A stretch of 64,000 nucleotides of DNA from Octopus vulgaris (Eukaryota), in assembly GCA_951406725.2 (NCBI GenBank), contig OX597817.1:85622001-85686000 (forward strand), written 5' to 3'. Positions 39,878-52,529 of the stretch are shown piece by piece. Below the pieces are notes generated by a model. The model worked only from the letters and a program-made list of their open reading frames with translations, had not been told where the DNA came from and did no database searches. Both the position numbers and the translations under genes were made by a program. Positions within the stretch are counted from its first letter, which is position 1. Each line of letters starts with the position of its first letter.

Positions 39878-41860
39878 GGCAATAAACTGACAGAATCGTT
39901 AGCACACCAGGCAAAATGCTTAGCAGCATTTCGTCCATCTTTACATTCTGAGTTCAAATTCTGCTTTGCTTTTCATCCTTTTGGGCTTGATAAAATAAGT
40001 ACCAGTTGAGCACTAGGGGCGATGCAATCAACTTACCCCATCCTCCGATATTGCTGGCCTTCTGCCAAAATTTCAAACCATTAGTATCATTCTTCTTGTG
40101 CTTCTCAGTTTCTAAAAACTGACTTGATTTTCTTTTTAGGTCTTTCCATCAGGTCTGAGATTTCTGCTAGAGAGAACCTTTTGCAGAATATAAGCAGTGC
40201 TTTATAAGGCAGATTTTTTTCTTCTTTTTTATTTATTTATTTATTTTTTTGTAAAGTACCAATTTCATATCTGATTCTAAATTGGTTAAGGAATTGTAGC
40301 AGTCTCTTTGAAATGGACCTCCTGCCACTACGGGAATAATTCTAGTAGTGGTGTTTCCCATTCTTTCTAGTTCCACCTCCAAGCTTACATAACTGGTAAT
40401 CTATTCAACTTCTTTAGCTGTTACATTATGAACACCTGGGACTGCTATAACAATTATGGAAATATTGTGGGCCTCTTTGACTACTAAAATGATGACCAGT
40501 CAACAACACTAAATCATTCTACCCATTTGTAATTTAAAGCCCTATATAATTTTATCAATATTGTTCCCCATGACTGGCTCTATCCTGTGTTTATACAAGT
40601 TCTCATGCACTTATAATCTACAAAGACAAAAGTCAACTTTGCCTTTCATCCTTTCAAGGTCAAAAGTACTGGGCTCGATGTAATAGATTAACCCTCTCCC
40701 CAAAATTTTCAAGACTTGTGCCTATAGTAGAACAGTTTATTATTATTATTATTATTATTATTAGTAGTAGTAGTAGTAGTAGTAGTAGTGTCATCATCTT
40801 CATCATATCAATCCCAGTACTTAACTGAACTAAAGTACTAGTCAAACACTGCAGTCAAATTCATTAACTAATCCCCTTCACCAATTTAGAATCTTGTGCC
40901 TATCTTATGAATTATTATCATTATTGTTATTATTATTATTCATCCATCTGCACATTCTGAGTTTAAATTCCACAGAGGTCAACTTTACCTTTCTTCCTTT
41001 CAGGGTTGATAAAATAAGTACCAGTTGAAACCTGGGTCAATGTAACTGACTTGCCTCCTCCCCCAAAATTGCTGATCTTGTGCCAAAATTTAAAACTATT
41101 ATTATCGTTATTATTATTAGCTTCTTATTATTAGCATCATTATTATTATTGTTATTATTATCTTCATCGTCATCATTATCCTCAAGGCAGAGTGGTTAAA
41201 ACAGTAGAGTCCCAAATAAAATACTTTTCGTTCTTTACCATCTCTGTGCAAAATCCTTAATTTTAAATGCTTCCTTTTAAACCTTTGAGAGGAATAGGTA
41301 CCAGATACTCAGGACAAATTCCCTGCAGCCATAAACCAATTTTTCTCTAACTGTGGGAAGATAGATCTCTCATTCTCATAATCTTTAGTGTACTACTCTC
41401 TGCTTCTCATATTCTCTAGTACTCTATGCTAAACAGCTAACTGTAATTCTCTCAAGTATTAAATAGTGTACTCTTGTCTGGCTGCAGTGTGCCTTGATCC
41501 AGAAAATATCGGACCAGATTAGAATGTCTATATTTTTACTTTAAATTCTACTCAATAATTAAATAACTAAAACATTTCTGTTTATTATTACAAGGTATTG
41601 TAATATATTCCTTTTGTATTTCTGGCTAATAAAGATTATCAAGTGATGAGCTGGCAGGATCATTAGCACACTGGGTGAAATGCTTAGTGGCATTCTGTAC
41701 GTCTTCACATTCCGAGTTCAAATTCCACCAAGGTTGTCCTTGCCGTTCATTCTTTTGGGGTCGATAAAATAGGTAACAGTTGAGTACTTGGGTTGATGCA
41801 ATTGATTTACTCCTCTTTGAAATTGCTGGCCTTGTGCCAAAATTATTATTATTATTATTA
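39468..41860 (+). mobile_element. Cluster of ~5-6 degenerate SINE copies with (ATT)n tails
   Basis: Repeated gagctg.cagaat.gtta, gagtt.aaatt, aaaataagtaccagt at ~39470, 39877, 40630, 40945, 41645. Confidence 0.75.
40085..40620 (-). mobile_element. R4/Dong-type RLE C-terminal fragment
   Basis: Minus strand IAVPG..NVTAKEVE..T.Y..LEVELERM...TRIIPVV.G and TAYILQKVL. Confidence 0.6.
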
Positions 41861-42964
41861 TTTGATGCAGCAACAACAGCATTGTATATTTTTCTATAAT
41901 TCATAACACATCACATGTAATATTTGCTTTACTTCATTTTCTGTTTTTTTAAGGGGTGATGTGGTTCAAAGAGGTATACACATTCATTGCAAATATTTTT
42001 GCTGGGCATTTTTGTTTTGTTTTTTTTTTTCCTTTTGATATAGTTTTGGGGGAAAACCGATCAAATTATACTTTTATTACACCTCTGGAAATAAATAAAT
42101 AAATAAATATATTGTATCTCTCACATTGTAGTCACACATGAAAGTTTTTTTGTTATCAAACAAAAACATAAATTCTGTGTGCATAAGAATAAATGAATCA
42201 AATTAACTGTTAGTCTACCATTCCTTATTAAACATATATAGACTAACGTATATGTAAATATGTTGAAACTATAAGTAAACGTAGAAGAAACAAAAAGATG
42301 AATTACACCTGTTTTCCAATATATTTCATTCTGTTTGACTGGCTGTAATTTTTAGTGACCTTGATGGTTATTAGTTAATATTGATCAATGGCCTACAAAT
42401 CATCCTTCTAATAACCCATCATCCTCATTATCATCATCATCACCATCATCATCAATGTCGTCTTCCCAAAATTCAAACTAGAACAGAAAAAAAACTAAAC
42501 TGATTAGATTGTGAGAAATAGAATAGAGGTGAACTTTTGATGTTTGACTACTGAACGCATAGTCATAAATTCAAGCATGCATACCAGAATCATTACCCTT
42601 GCTGCCTCAATCACCCTAATAAATAACAGGCTCACATCATATTTTGTGTCTGAAGTATTATCAACTGGAAAAGTGTCCAGCTGTATAAAAACATTTTTTT
42701 TTTTAGAAAATTGCTACTTGAATAGATGTTACACAATATACTATCTCCTTCTTAAAACTGTAAACATTTTGAAGTCAGAGTGAAGAAGCTAAACTTGAAT
42801 GGAGATCATATGATGTCATATTGTCTTCCACAGAGATGGATAATGGTTCACTGTATCCACATTTTATCCCACAGGTCATCTATCAGTTTTTCTTTATAGG
42901 GATGATATTGTTAAATTGTTTGCTCTCTCTTTCTCTCTCTCTCCCTCTCTCTCTCTATCTCTCT

Positions 42965-43010
<46 letters not shown>

Positions 43011-43239
43011 CTGTTTATTTATGTGATGTATATGTATGTGTGACAGGAGAGAGATTAGAATATTTACCCACTTTTAACTGCTTTTATCATCCTTAAAAAT
43101 CACAAATCTAATTTTCTAGTAACCCTAAATGCACACTTATTAATCCCTCAGAAACAGAATCAACATGTTCTAGATTCAATTATACTGTTATATTTTTCCT
43201 CTGTGAAATATGTAGGTTATACAACAGTCTAATAATATT

Positions 43240-44085
43240 AACAATAGACAACAATGTAAATTTACCCAGTTTGATAGAACTGATGTTCCTCATCTCTTCA
43301 AAGTTTTAGCCTTAGCAAATAGCATCATATCCATCAGTGATTCTGAGAGTAATATAATTTTCCTTGTTACAAAATCGTTTTTTGTTTTTTGATAATTCTT
43401 TTTTGGTATAATACAAATGGAGATGGAATGTTTGATGTTCCACCATGAGAGTATTTGATGAGAGAAAATTATGTGAAATTATCAGGATTTATATTTTAGC
43501 ATTATACAAAAATTTCCTAACATTAGGGCAGGCTCATACATAGATGATGGACTCACTGCAAATAGCAAGCAATTTGAAAAACTTGAAAAAGATCTTGTAA
43601 AGTTGTTTAAAGAAATTTAAGGATTATAGTCAACAATCATTATTCAAATAATTTTTTTAGATATAAATCAAGATTTGAATCTATTCTATCCTTAGTGAAA
43701 ACCTATTGAAAATGTATGTTGTATTAATTAGAATTCTAACCAATTGCCTGATATTTTCCTAAACCTCATTCTTAATAATAGTAAACATTATAATAATGAG
43801 AAGTGCTCATAAATGTGCCTTCATTCAAGGAAAAAGAAGAGCTTCTCTTTGTCTCTGGGTGAAGTTAGACCTATAAGAGTTTCTTCTGATTATAACATGA
43901 TGTTGCACAGCAGTAATTTTGTGGATAAAATTCAATGTATTGCTAGCTTTAATACTTCAAAGAGTAAAAATAGATCACAAAACATTTTGTGGCTTTGTCA
44001 AATCTACAGTCTAAATGTAAGAAGAAGCATGGCTAGAGATTTCTTTAATTCAACCTGTTTTGATTTTTCAATGAATGATACATAT
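43240..44085 (+). pseudogene. Degenerate Neptune-type Penelope RT and thumb region
   Basis: CKFTQFD, ISDSESNII..KSF..W..NGDGMFDV, GSYIDDGL, IFLDI, then KSKNRSQNILW...YSLNVRRSMARDF. Confidence 0.72.
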
Positions 44086-44204
44086 ATATATATATATTTG
44101 AAAAAAAATGAATAGAAATGGCTTTTCTAATAATTTTTCGACTTTAATAATATAATTTAATAATTATAATACTGTACCAAGGATTTTCTATTCTTTTTTC
44201 TACT

Positions 44205-44409
44205 ATATGTGACTGCGTGTATACCGTTGGCGATTTTTTTTCCTCTGTCTTCCCTTCTCTGGATCTTTCCTTCTCCTATGTTTCTGACGAAGAGCTCCAC
44301 TCGAAACGTTAAACCCTCCTTCTTTCCTTCTTTCCTGAGCGTCCAATAATACTATATCTGTTCCACGTCCTCGCATTGTTGTGTTTTTTGTGCTTTCATG
44401 TTTGGATTA

Positions 44410-44413
<4 letters not shown>
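44205..44413 (+). mobile_element. Short Penelope-associated repeat ending in (TA)n, with minimal hammerhead
   Basis: Same family as 17483-17700(-). Confidence 0.7.
44280..44314 (+). ncRNA. Minimal type I hammerhead motif
   Basis: GUUU CUGACGA AGAGCUCCACUC GAAACGUU AAAC: stem I GUUU/AAAC, palindromic ACGU stem III, GUU triplet; stem II weak. Confidence 0.6.
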
Positions 44414-44447
<34 letters not shown>

Positions 44448-44677
44448 CCATGCTGAAATCTACAAGTTTTTTCTTTCTCTCTCTTTTATTTTCTCTTATT
44501 TCTTTCTGTTGAAGAGTGTAGGGTCGAAACATAAAAGTCTTTTTCATTTTCCCAAGCATCAAACTAATACACTTCCTTGTTGTTCATACACCTGTCTTCG
44601 TCTTTTGTTTTTCTATAAATTTCAACTATATATATATATATATATATATAATAATGAGCATAGCATTTTTATATATT

Positions 44678-44722
<45 letters not shown>

Positions 44723-45050
44723 TTGTCCAAATTCACAGAGTAGGTGTGGGATGGAGTAAAAGAAATATTAGTATAAGTGAAGGAAGAGGACAGAAAATAG
44801 TAATTCAGTGAAGGAGATGTAGTGAGAGTAATAGCCCTGACTGAGAGAAAGGGAAAATAATAACAACAGAGAAAGATGGCAAAAAGCACGTTGTGTATCT
44901 TGTATTTCTCTCTGTCACAACATATGAATGAGAAAGGAAGGAGTGATAGATGAATATCGAAGGAAGGGGTGAATAATAAATCAGTGTGTTAACTCTGTGT
45001 GAGTATATGTGTGTGTATGTTAAAGGGAAGTATGCGAATGTTTGTGTGTA

Positions 45051-45082
<32 letters not shown>

Positions 45083-45225
45083 CAATGGAAATGGGATGGT
45101 GAACATTCAACACTGAAAAGGAAAATCAAGCCGCATTTCAACTCTGAGTGTATGTGTGTGCATGTACAAGGGAAATATGTGAATGTTTGTATGTGTGATT
45201 ATTATGTACCTTATTTTATACCTTA

Positions 45226-45281
45226 TCTATATATAAAATACTAAAATTAACCGTCATTTTTGGCGGCACAGGGTCAGCTAT
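45226..45281 (+). mobile_element. Micro-Helitron remnant retaining both termini
   Basis: A|TCTATATATAAAA 5' end; 3' hairpin CCGTCA-tttt-TGGCGG, 11-nt spacer, CTAT (CTAG-like). Confidence 0.55.
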
Positions 45282-45458
45282 ATATATATATATAAACACA
45301 CACACACACACATATATGTGTGTGTATATAATATATTATATAACATATATATATAGGATACTGTTACCGACCAGGTAACAGTAAAACATTGTTTTAGCCG
45401 TCAAATGACGCCACCCTGCTGGCTAAGTGAGCAGGCCAATAATATATATATATATATA

Positions 45459-46248
45459 GTACAAGCCTAATTAAACTAATTTGGTCAATTAAAGACAGAA
45501 ACAATAGCTAGTCTATCGATTGGAAACTAATTAGCACTGCCAATCCGTATTGAGTAGGGGGAGATAGATGTGACTTATGCATAAAGGAACTTTACCAAAT
45601 ATTTACATCAAAACACACATTAATTAATACAAGACACAAACAAACTTTAAGATGTCTATAAAAAATATGGTTGGACCTTTAAAAGATGTAGAGATAATTC
45701 TAGATAACCAATGCCCCAGCAACAATTGTGTTTGATATAACAAATAGAATAATATAACCTAAACATAAAAATATTTAATAACCATCATTAATAAATAAAC
45801 AAATATTCTACCCAATGAACAACACAAATCATGAGCAGCCCAACCAAATAATTAACCCTTCAATACAAACACTACACTCAAAATCAAAAACATTGCACAC
45901 ACAACCATTAAAACAAACTAAGAGCTTTATGAAAGCAATAATTTTCACCTTAACCTATTTTAAGACCAATCCATAACTTTGAGCAGTAATTGGGGTGAAG
46001 TTGAGGTCAACAGCGCATATCTATAAATAACAACACGCCCACAGAACACTATCTATTTCAATCATTTCACTTTGAGGATGACCAAATGAACAGACCCTGA
46101 TAAAGTTGCACCAACAATATTGCAAGATTGCATTTGCAACAGTGAGTAGTCGTTGCAGTGGAAATACATGTAGGTCATTATAATGTACTGTACATAACTA
46201 TAAAATAAATTTTGTGGATGTACAAGTCTTCATGCTCTTTATTCTTAT
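45459..46248 (+). mobile_element. Probable Penelope 3'/pLTR relic between (TA)n tracts with degenerate hammerhead at 46093-46176
   Basis: GACC CTGATAA...GAAATACATGTA GGTC; A-rich body; TA tracts on both sides. Confidence 0.5.
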
Positions 46249-46273
46249 TATATATATATATATAATATATATA

Positions 46274-46655
46274 TGCGTAGGAGTGGCTGTATGGTAAGTA
46301 GCTTGCTTACCAACCACATGGTTCCAGATTCAGTCCCACTGCATGGCACCTTGGGCAAGTGTCTTCAACTATAGCCCCGGGCCAATCAAAGCCTTGTGAG
46401 TGGATTTGGCAGACAGAAACTGAAAGAAGCCTGTCGTATATATGTATATATGTATGTATGTGTTTGCGTGTCTGTGTCTGTCCCCCCAACATTGCTTGAC
46501 AACTGATGCTGGTGTGTTTACATCCCCGTAACTTAGCAGTTCAGCAAAAGAGACCGACAGAATAAGCACTAGGCTTACAATGAATAAGTCCTGGGGTCGA
46601 TTTGCTCAACTAAAGGTGGTGCTCCAGCATGGCCATAGTCACAAGTAAAAGAGTA
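46274..46655 (+). mobile_element. CORE-like tRNA SINE
   Basis: gtggctgtatggtaagtagcttgcttaccaaccacatggttcc...ccttgggcaagtgtc. Confidence 0.85.
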
Positions 46656-46659
46656 ACAG

Positions 46660-47136
46660 CCATGATTGGGTTTTCTTGCTTGTCAGGCATGGTGCAGAGT
46701 CCTTTTACTAGACACAGGGTCTTCCAGCAGCCACCCTCTTGTTTCAGGGCAGCACTACTTCCTCCAGGCACTTGATGCAGGCCGCCATGTTGAGTCTGAG
46801 GCCATGTGGGAAGATGAATGGAGGAATAACATCACCATCACCAGTGATCACTCCAAACAGCATGATGTTAACCGAATGTTTGATTTTTGTCACTTTTGGT
46901 ACATGTTTTGGGGACACATCAAGCCACAGTTGTTCTATGTGTTCACCATCTGTTCTTATTGGAGCTTCCAGCATGAATACCAAGCAGTATAGCATGTCAT
47001 TTCCAAATTTCTGGCAGAGTGAAGTGTGTCATGGTGCCCAACTGCCCCCACTATACTGTGTAGTTGACAAAATCAAAAACAAACAATGCACAAAATTAAA
47101 AATATGAAATAGTGACAATTCACCCATAATACCCTG
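46660..47136 (-). mobile_element. maT (DD37D-type) Tc1/mariner relic, internally deleted, one TIR
   Basis: TA|CAGGGTATTATGGG end at 47136; KHSVNIMLFGVITGDGDVIPPFIFPHGLRLN...LEEVVLP...DSAPC. Confidence 0.7.
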
Positions 47137-47149
47137 TATATATATTTTT

Positions 47150-47460
47150 TTTTAAAAAAAAGAGCACTCCATCGGTTACAATGATAAGGGTCCCAGCTGA
47201 TACAATCAATGGAACAGCTTGCTCGTGAAATTATTGTGTAAGTGGCTGAGTGCTTCACAGATTCGTGTACCCTTAATGTAGTTCTCAGGGAGATTCCGCA
47301 TGACACAGAGTGTGACAAGGCTGGCCCTGTAAAATACAGGTACTACTCATTTTTGCAAGCCAAGTGGACTGGAGCAATGTGAAATAAAGTATCTTGCTGA
47401 AGGACACAACCTTACAATTGTGAGCCAAATGCCCTAACCACTAAGCCATGCACCTTCACA
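47150..47460 (-). mobile_element. tRNA SINE (third family)
   Basis: Minus head gtgaaggtgcatggcttagtggttagggc; degenerate related pieces near 6990-7090, 10840-10930 and 32880-33005. Confidence 0.65.
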
Positions 47461-47639
47461 TAATAAGGGAACACTTTATTGCATTATGATACAGAGATAA
47501 TTAAACATTTGATCTCTGTAACATAATGCAATTAAGTGGTCCCTAGATGATCTATTATGGTTCAGCATCCCATAGCCCTTGGAGCATCCAATGCAGAAGT
47601 TGCAATTAACCACAGTGGTGAAACATATGTAGGGAACAA

Positions 47640-48169
47640 ATTAATTGGGCCAGCAGATTTCCAAGATATAGCCCACTAGATCATCACAGATCCTCCTCCA
47701 TGTTTAACAGTTGGACGAAGGCAGTCTGGGTCAAATGCTTCTTTTGGCTGTCTCCACACGTATACTTGGCTGGTGGTCGGAAATAAAGTAAAGGATAACT
47801 TGTCCGAGAAAATAACATTCTTCCATTTCTCTAGGCACCAATTCTCTAGGTTTTTACTCCACTCTAAATACTTTGCAACATTTGTTTTTGAAAGTAGTGG
47901 TTTTCTGATTGCAGCCCTCCCATGAAATCCAGCTTTGTGCAGCTGCCATACAAGCACCAACAATTTAACCTCTTTGAAAGTCCAATGAATTTTAATTACC
48001 TTTTTCTGATGATATCTGAAAAGAAACTGCAAATTTAGCAAAAAATATTAAACAACACTAATAATAAATCAATAAACATAAAAATAAACAAACTTTTGAC
48101 GGTTTTATAGATATTTCAAAATTATGATGCTATGATGCCAGATGTTTCCATTATTTTGTCCAACCCCTG
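47640..48169 (-). mobile_element. Tc1 transposon relic (one TIR, deleted transposase)
   Basis: TA|CAGGGGTTGGACAAAATAATGGAAACA; KPLL...W..VIFSD..F...VWR...PTVKHGGGSVM. Confidence 0.88.
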
Positions 48170-50004
48170 TATATATATATTTATGACTTCAAATTAAAAA
48201 TTTGGTTGGTAGTTTTTTCTATTTCAAATTGATTAAAATTGATGTGATTCTTGATCATTCTTCTCTTTGGTCCAGTTCCTACTTAATTTTCATTAATACA
48301 AAATTATTTACTAAAAAGTGAATGAAACTTTTCATAAAGGAAAAAAAAGTGGGAGTACATAAACTAGAGAATCCAGTTATCAAAAACATATTTCTTCAGA
48401 AAACATGGGCCTTCATTAAGTTGAAATGATAATAATTACTCTAGCCAGCCTATAAGAACTAGTGATGCTCTAAAAATACTGAACTGATTTCTTATTTGAG
48501 ATGCATTATTGATTCCATTAGATATTTTATATAAGATGTGTAGAGATTTTAATAATAAGAAGAAAAATAATGTTAACTGTGACAATTGAGTCTAAAGTTT
48601 GTTTTACTCTGACATTGTACTTTAAAATTAAAATCATTGGAGGATAAGAATATATTCTATAAAAATTAAAATGTCATAGTTGTTCTGTAGATTCAAAATA
48701 ATTGAGGGAGGAAAGTATAAGATTTCCTATATCTTTTGTGTTACACGCAATTAATTCTGTTTCTGTACAGATTCCTCAATTTTACATCATTTTACTTAGC
48801 AATAATATGTTCCAGGTATTTTGAGAGTATTGGATGCAGTTGCCTGAAATGTAACTACTGCTTGAAAATAGATCTCACATTTGTATTGTACAACTGAATC
48901 TTGAGGTAAAAATGATTAAATTATTGAAAAATTCTTGTAAATAGAAGCAGTGCAAACGTTGTGAGTTTTAGGGGATGAAGATGCATAGAATTTTTCTGTA
49001 TAACAGAGCCATTCAACCCATGACCAGTATATAATACTTGTACATACAACAGATAATCTTGATCATAATGCTTATGGAGGTGTGGTGGTCATGGTCAAGG
49101 ACACATGAATGATGGCAGCTGCAATGACAGCACTGACAATTCAATTGAAATTCTATAGAACTATGTGCTAGATGGTTTGGGAAAGAGGAGCAGTTTTTTT
49201 GGGGCGGGGGGGGTCCCTCATGGCATTAAGCCTTCCTCGTGGCACCAATGTTTCTCTTAAGCCCCAAGAACATAAGAATTATTGAATCAGCATTTACCAT
49301 CTAAAAGGAAAGAGAATTATTTCTTTGGAAATTACAGAATTTACATAATCTAATTTATTTCTTCTTAAGTATCCACTAATCCATTATGTTTTACATATGA
49401 TTATTTAGGTATTACTAGCATCAAAGCTGGAATCACAATATACATTCTAAAACCAAAATATATTACTAGAAGAGTAATACCAATCCATTGAACTCTTATC
49501 AACTCTATTCTATCAAGTGTGTGATTTTCAAAGATATGATCAGATGACTAGTAAAATACTCTAACTGAAGCAATAAATTCTTTTTCTCTTCTTTTTTTCT
49601 TTTTCTATCAAAAAACTCAATGTGGACTCTAATTGTAAGGAGTCAAGATGTTATTTTGCCTTTCGTTTTTATTGTACCATATTCAACCTTTGCTGTTTTA
49701 AGTCTAAGTTGTCACTTTAATCTTATTTATTTTAATAATTCTGCTACTGCTGCAACTCCTGCTTATTCTTTTCATTTTCCCACCTTTGTATTTCCTTCTT
49801 CACCCTCTCCATGTTCAAGTTATTTCTGCTCCTTTATATTCTAGCCTTTTATACCTTACCCCTTTTCTTCCTGTCTTTGATTTCTATATTTTGTTCCGTA
49901 CATCTTATTCATTTCCTTTGCCACAAATGACTTTTATTTCATTATTACCCTATTTCTCTTTGGTTTCCTTAACAACAGACTTGCACCGAAAGCATATATA
50001 TGTA

Positions 50005-50884
50005 TGAGGTCTGATCTATAAGTATCCGGACTGTTGCCATAGTAATGAAGCTAAAGCATGCAGAGTGAAGCCACTCGACACAGATTGACCTTGAACTCTG
50101 CAATGCATGCACACTAAGTTTTAATATTCTAGCTCACTCCAGCTGTTTACAGCAGTGCTTGGTAAAGAGGTGTGTAGCATATGATCATCACATTATTGAC
50201 CATGGCAGAGAAAGTTGTCATGGAGATGCCTGCTTAGAGGCCTACACAAGGTTGCAGAAAGTGTATGGACAGGAATGTATGAGCCACTCACAAGTGTACA
50301 AGTGGTTCTGAAAAAATGTTGATATTGACAAATGTTCTGGGAGATCTGCAACCAGCAAAACTGAGAAAAACATCGCAGATGTGTATGTAGCTGTGAGGGG
50401 AAATCATCGAATCACCATCCATGAGTTATCAGAGGATGTGCAGATTAATAACAGTTCAGTTCAGTTCATTATCACTGAAGATTTGGGTATAAGACATGTA
50501 TCTGCCAAGTTTGTACCAAAACTGCCTTCAGCTAACCAAAAAGACACTTGGGTTTCAGTTGCACAAAATCTCCGTGATTGTGTTGAGATCAATGAAAACT
50601 TGTTGAAAACTTTGCATAGGCCACTGAGCAGGTATTGCCAATCTTTTGGCGAAATTTGATGCAGATTCTCTGCTCAACTTTCTCTGTCATGGTTAATGTG
50701 ACGATCACATGCTACACACCTTCCTTCCAAGCACTGCTGTAACCAGCGGAAGTGAGCTAGAATGTTAAAACTTAGTGCACATGCACAGCAGAGTTCAAGA
50801 TCAAAGTGTGCCAAGTGACTTTACTCTGCGTGCTTTAGCTTCGTTACTATGGCAGCAGTCCGGATACTTATTGATCAGACCACA
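50005..50884 (+). mobile_element. Non-autonomous mariner derivative with ~190-bp TIRs
   Basis: ~50005-50195 is inverted at ~50695-50884. Internal HTH fragment RITIHELSE...LGIRHVSAKFVPKL; DDD domain missing. Confidence 0.85.
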
Positions 50885-50918
50885 GATGTATCATCCTCTC
50901 TCTCTTGCGTTTTGTTTT

Positions 50919-51241
50919 TATATTTTTAGGTACTTGACAGTTGAGATCAGACACATTATAATGTTTTCATTGACCTTTTTGTAGGAATCAGTTAGGTTTT
51001 CCAACATTAAAAACTGCTGCCAATGTTGCAATAGTGAAAGACAACATGAAATAGAAAATACATGAAAATCCAGACATTATAACTATTTCCAACCTATATA
51101 ACATTCACCAATCATTTTCACTTTTCATTATTGTATATTTTTAGGTACTTGACAGTTGAGATCAGACACATTATAATGTTTTCATTGACCTTTTTGTAGG
51201 TGTGTTTTCCAACATTAAAAACTGCTGCCAATGTTGCAATA
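50919..51241. repeat. Direct repeat, 2 x ~110 bp separated by ~100 bp
   Basis: 50919-51033 versus 51134-51241, identical except for one short internal segment. Confidence 0.9.
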
Positions 51242-51407
51242 TATAAAGCTAACAAAAATTATAAAAACAAAATTACATTCATATATTTATGCATACAGAC
51301 ATACAGTCATGCATGCATACACACATAAATGCCTATATATAAACATTATAAAGCATCTGATCTCAACTGTCATGTAGATACAAACATAAGCATAAATATA
51401 AATATTA

Positions 51408-52160
51408 CACTGATGACAGAGTGCTCTTCGCAGATAACACAAAAGATACTGAACATTTACTCCATCTCCTGGAAAATGCTGCCACTAACATAGGACTATA
51501 TGTGAACGAAAAGAAGACGGAGTTTACCACCCTGAACACAGTAGGTGAAATCAGGACCATCAAACAGAAGCCCTTGGAAAATATCAACGAGTTTGCTTAC
51601 CTAGGCAGCAATATCGTGTCCACTGAAAAAGATATCAAATCTCATGTTGTTATGGCATGGGCAGCTATAGATAGTCTTAGAACAATATGGAAGTCAATCC
51701 TACCAGATAAATTGAAGAGACAGTTCTTCAGAGCAGTTGTTGAAATTGTGCTTGTATATGGATCTCCAACTTGGACCCTCACCAAGAGACTCAGGTGCAT
51801 GCTGGATGGTACCTACACCAGAATGTTACGTGTGGTGCTCAACATCTCTTGGAGGGAGCACCCAACAAAACAACGGTTATATGGGAATGTGCCAACTTTC
51901 TCATCAACCATCCAAGAGCGGAGATTGAGGTTTGCTGGCCCCTGGTGGAGAAGTAAAGAAGAACTTGTGGGTAAAGTGTTGCTGTGAATAACAAATCAAT
52001 GTACCACAGCTGCTAGAAGACCATGGAAGACATATATACAACAGCTTGCAGAAGATGTTGGATGCCAAGTTGAAGACCTAAAAACACTAATGTAAGATCA
52101 GGAGAGATGGAGAGAGGTAGTCAGGCTGACCAGGGCAATCAGCCTGACTGGATGATATAT
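51408..52160 (+). mobile_element. 5'-truncated RTE-type LINE (RT C-terminus)
   Basis: DD..L.ADN...LLH.LE..A..IGL.VN.KKTE, FAYLGS, FRAVVE.VL.YG..TWTL, RRLRFAG. Confidence 0.85.
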
Positions 52161-52529
52161 ATTATGATTTCACTTAGGTATAGAAATATTAAATACCACT
52201 TGTTATACCTCATTATACTTATACTTTAGAATAAAGTGTCAGGTGAGTACAGAGCATAATATCAATTAATGAATGAGAAAAGAACAGGAGTCATGTAATC
52301 ACAATGGTTCCACAACAAATGTTTATTTCATATAAATGGCTCCAAAGAAGCCATAAAATGTTGCATGAACACTCGACTCTGAGTACAATGATACTTACAG
52401 CAGAAACAGTTGTAAGCTAATGAAAGTGATTATGACACTCCTGTTCTTTTGTCATTCATTAATTGATATTATGCTCGGTATTTACACACACATACACACA
52501 CACATACACATAAGATGATGATGATGATG

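Noticed and set aside
43270-43370. Possible host exon or hAT dimerisation-domain relic (PHLFKVLALANSI)
   Set aside because: Fits better as part of the collinear Neptune-type RT relic continuing to YIDDGL
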